A stretch of 46,675 nucleotides of DNA. Source: Chromera velia. Taxonomy: Eukaryota. The stretch covers positions 1-46,675 of the forward strand of contig JAHBMJ010000483.1 in assembly GCA_018398765.1 (NCBI GenBank). Reading direction: 5' to 3'. Within the stretch, counting starts at the first letter, position 1, and every line of letters starts with the position of its first letter. Made by a program: the position numbers and the translations under genes. The notes beneath the pieces are model-generated. The model did not search any database, was not told the origin of the DNA, and saw nothing but the letters and a program-made list of their open reading frames with translations. Positions 45,697 to 46,675 of this stretch are shown in pieces.

Positions 45697-46675
45697 ATGT
45701 CGGAGGAGCAACCGGATTCCAGTCCCTCCAGTTCGTCCTCTTCTGCCTTCAGCCTCGATCTGCCTCATGCCTCAGCAGCTGCAGGTGTCTACACGCACGA
45801 AAACCTCGCAGCAGCAGCAGCAGGAGCAGCGGGGAGCTACACCACAGACCAGGCACCTGCCTCCTATACGTTGTATGGCATGAACCCTTCTGGTTTTATG
45901 CCCGACGATGCCTCAGCAGCTGCAGGTGTCTACACGCACGAAAACCTTGCAGCAGCAGCAGCAGGAGCAGCGGGGAGCTACACCACAGACCAGGCACCTG
46001 CCTCCTATACGTTGTATGGCATGAACCCTTCTGGTTTTATACCCGACGATGCCTCAGCAGCTGCAGGTGTCTACACGCACGAAAACCTCGCAGCAGCAGC
46101 AGCAGCAGGAGCAGCGGGGAGCTACACCACAGACCAGGCACCTGCCTCCTATACGTTGTATGGCATGAACCCTTCTGGTTTTATACCCGACGATGCCTCA
46201 GCAGCTGCAGGTGTCTACACGCACGAAAACGTCGCAGCAGCAGCAGCAGCAGCAGGAGCAGCGGGGAGCTACACCACAGACCAGGCACCTGCCTCCTATA
46301 CGTTGTATGGCATGAACCCTTCTGGTTTTGTACCCGACGATGCCTCAGCAGCTGCAGGTGTCTACACGCACGAAAACCTTGCAGCAGCAGCAGGAGCAGC
46401 GGGGAGCTACACCACAGACCAGGCACCTGCCTCCTATACGTTGTATGGCATGAACCCTTCTGGTTTTATACCCGACGATGCCTCAGCAGCTGCAGGTGTC
46501 TACACGCACGAAAACCTCGCAGCAGCAGCAGCAGCAGGAGCAGCGGGGAGCTACACCACAGACCAGGCACCTGCCTCCTATACGTTGTATGGCATGAACC
46601 CTTCTGGTTTTATACCCGACGATGCCTCAGCAGCTGCAGGTGTCTACACGCACGAAAACCTTGCAGCAGCAGCAG
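45697..46675 (+). CDS. 5' part of a tandem-repeat protein, open to the window end
   Basis: gccATG at 45697, MSEEQPDSSPSSSSSSAFSLDLPH, then stop-free repeats of ASAAAGVYTHENL(A)4-7GAAGSYTTDQAPASYTLYGMNPSGF(I/M/V)PDD. Unit lengths vary only by multiples of 3. Confidence 0.6.
   Translation, partial: MSEEQPDSSPSSSSSSAFSLDLPHASAAAGVYTHENLAAAAAGAAGSYTTDQAPASYTLYGMNPSGFMPDDASAAAGVYTHENLAAAAAGAAGSYTTDQAPASYTLYGMNPSGFIPDDASAAAGVYTHENLAAAAAAGAAGSYTTDQAPASYTLYGMNPSGFIPDDASAAAGVYTHENVAAAAAAAGAAGSYTTDQAPASYTLYGMNPSGFVPDDASAAAGVYTHENLAAAAGAAGSYTTDQAPASYTLYGMNPSGFIPDDASAAAGVYTHENLAAAAAAGAAGSYTTDQAPASYTLYGMNPSGFIPDDASAAAGVYTHENLAAAA
45767..46675 (+). repeat. Tandem repeat, 138-147-bp units, 6 full copies plus a partial one
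   Basis: Units start at 45767, 45908, 46049, 46193, 46340, 46478 and 46622, differing in the internal (GCA)n count. Confidence 0.95.

Overview
Eukaryotic nuclear DNA with many short GT-AG introns (donors often gtcagt/gtgagt/gtctgt), CT/GA microsatellites and abundant TGCATG. This suggests an alveolate such as a chromerid (inference). Genes, left to right: a frameshifted PPC-like repeat gene (-); an intronless COG0523 (CobW/Zng1-family) GTPase (+); an intronless trypsin-like protease split by an in-frame TAA (-); a ~39-exon, ~1780-aa gene fusing RCC1 repeats to an IQGAP-like RasGAP/RasGAP_C region (+); a 5-exon HAD-like gene with an in-frame TAG (+); and the start of a protein built from ~47-aa repeats (+). 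Between them are AT/TpA-rich islands containing a degenerate tRNA-like gene, a ~350-bp tandem duplication, a TIR element with an 8-bp TSD, a foldback, minisatellites and a truncated LINE. The strongest signal is a C->T/G->A bias in repeated DNA, at CpA as well as CpG. The duplication shows 29 transitions to 1 transversion by hand count, and the LINE frame has several stops but no frameshift. Two nearby host genes carry similar stops. This resembles fungal repeat-induced point mutation (RIP) in an apparently non-fungal genome. All gene models and alignments were made by eye; no database searches were run.
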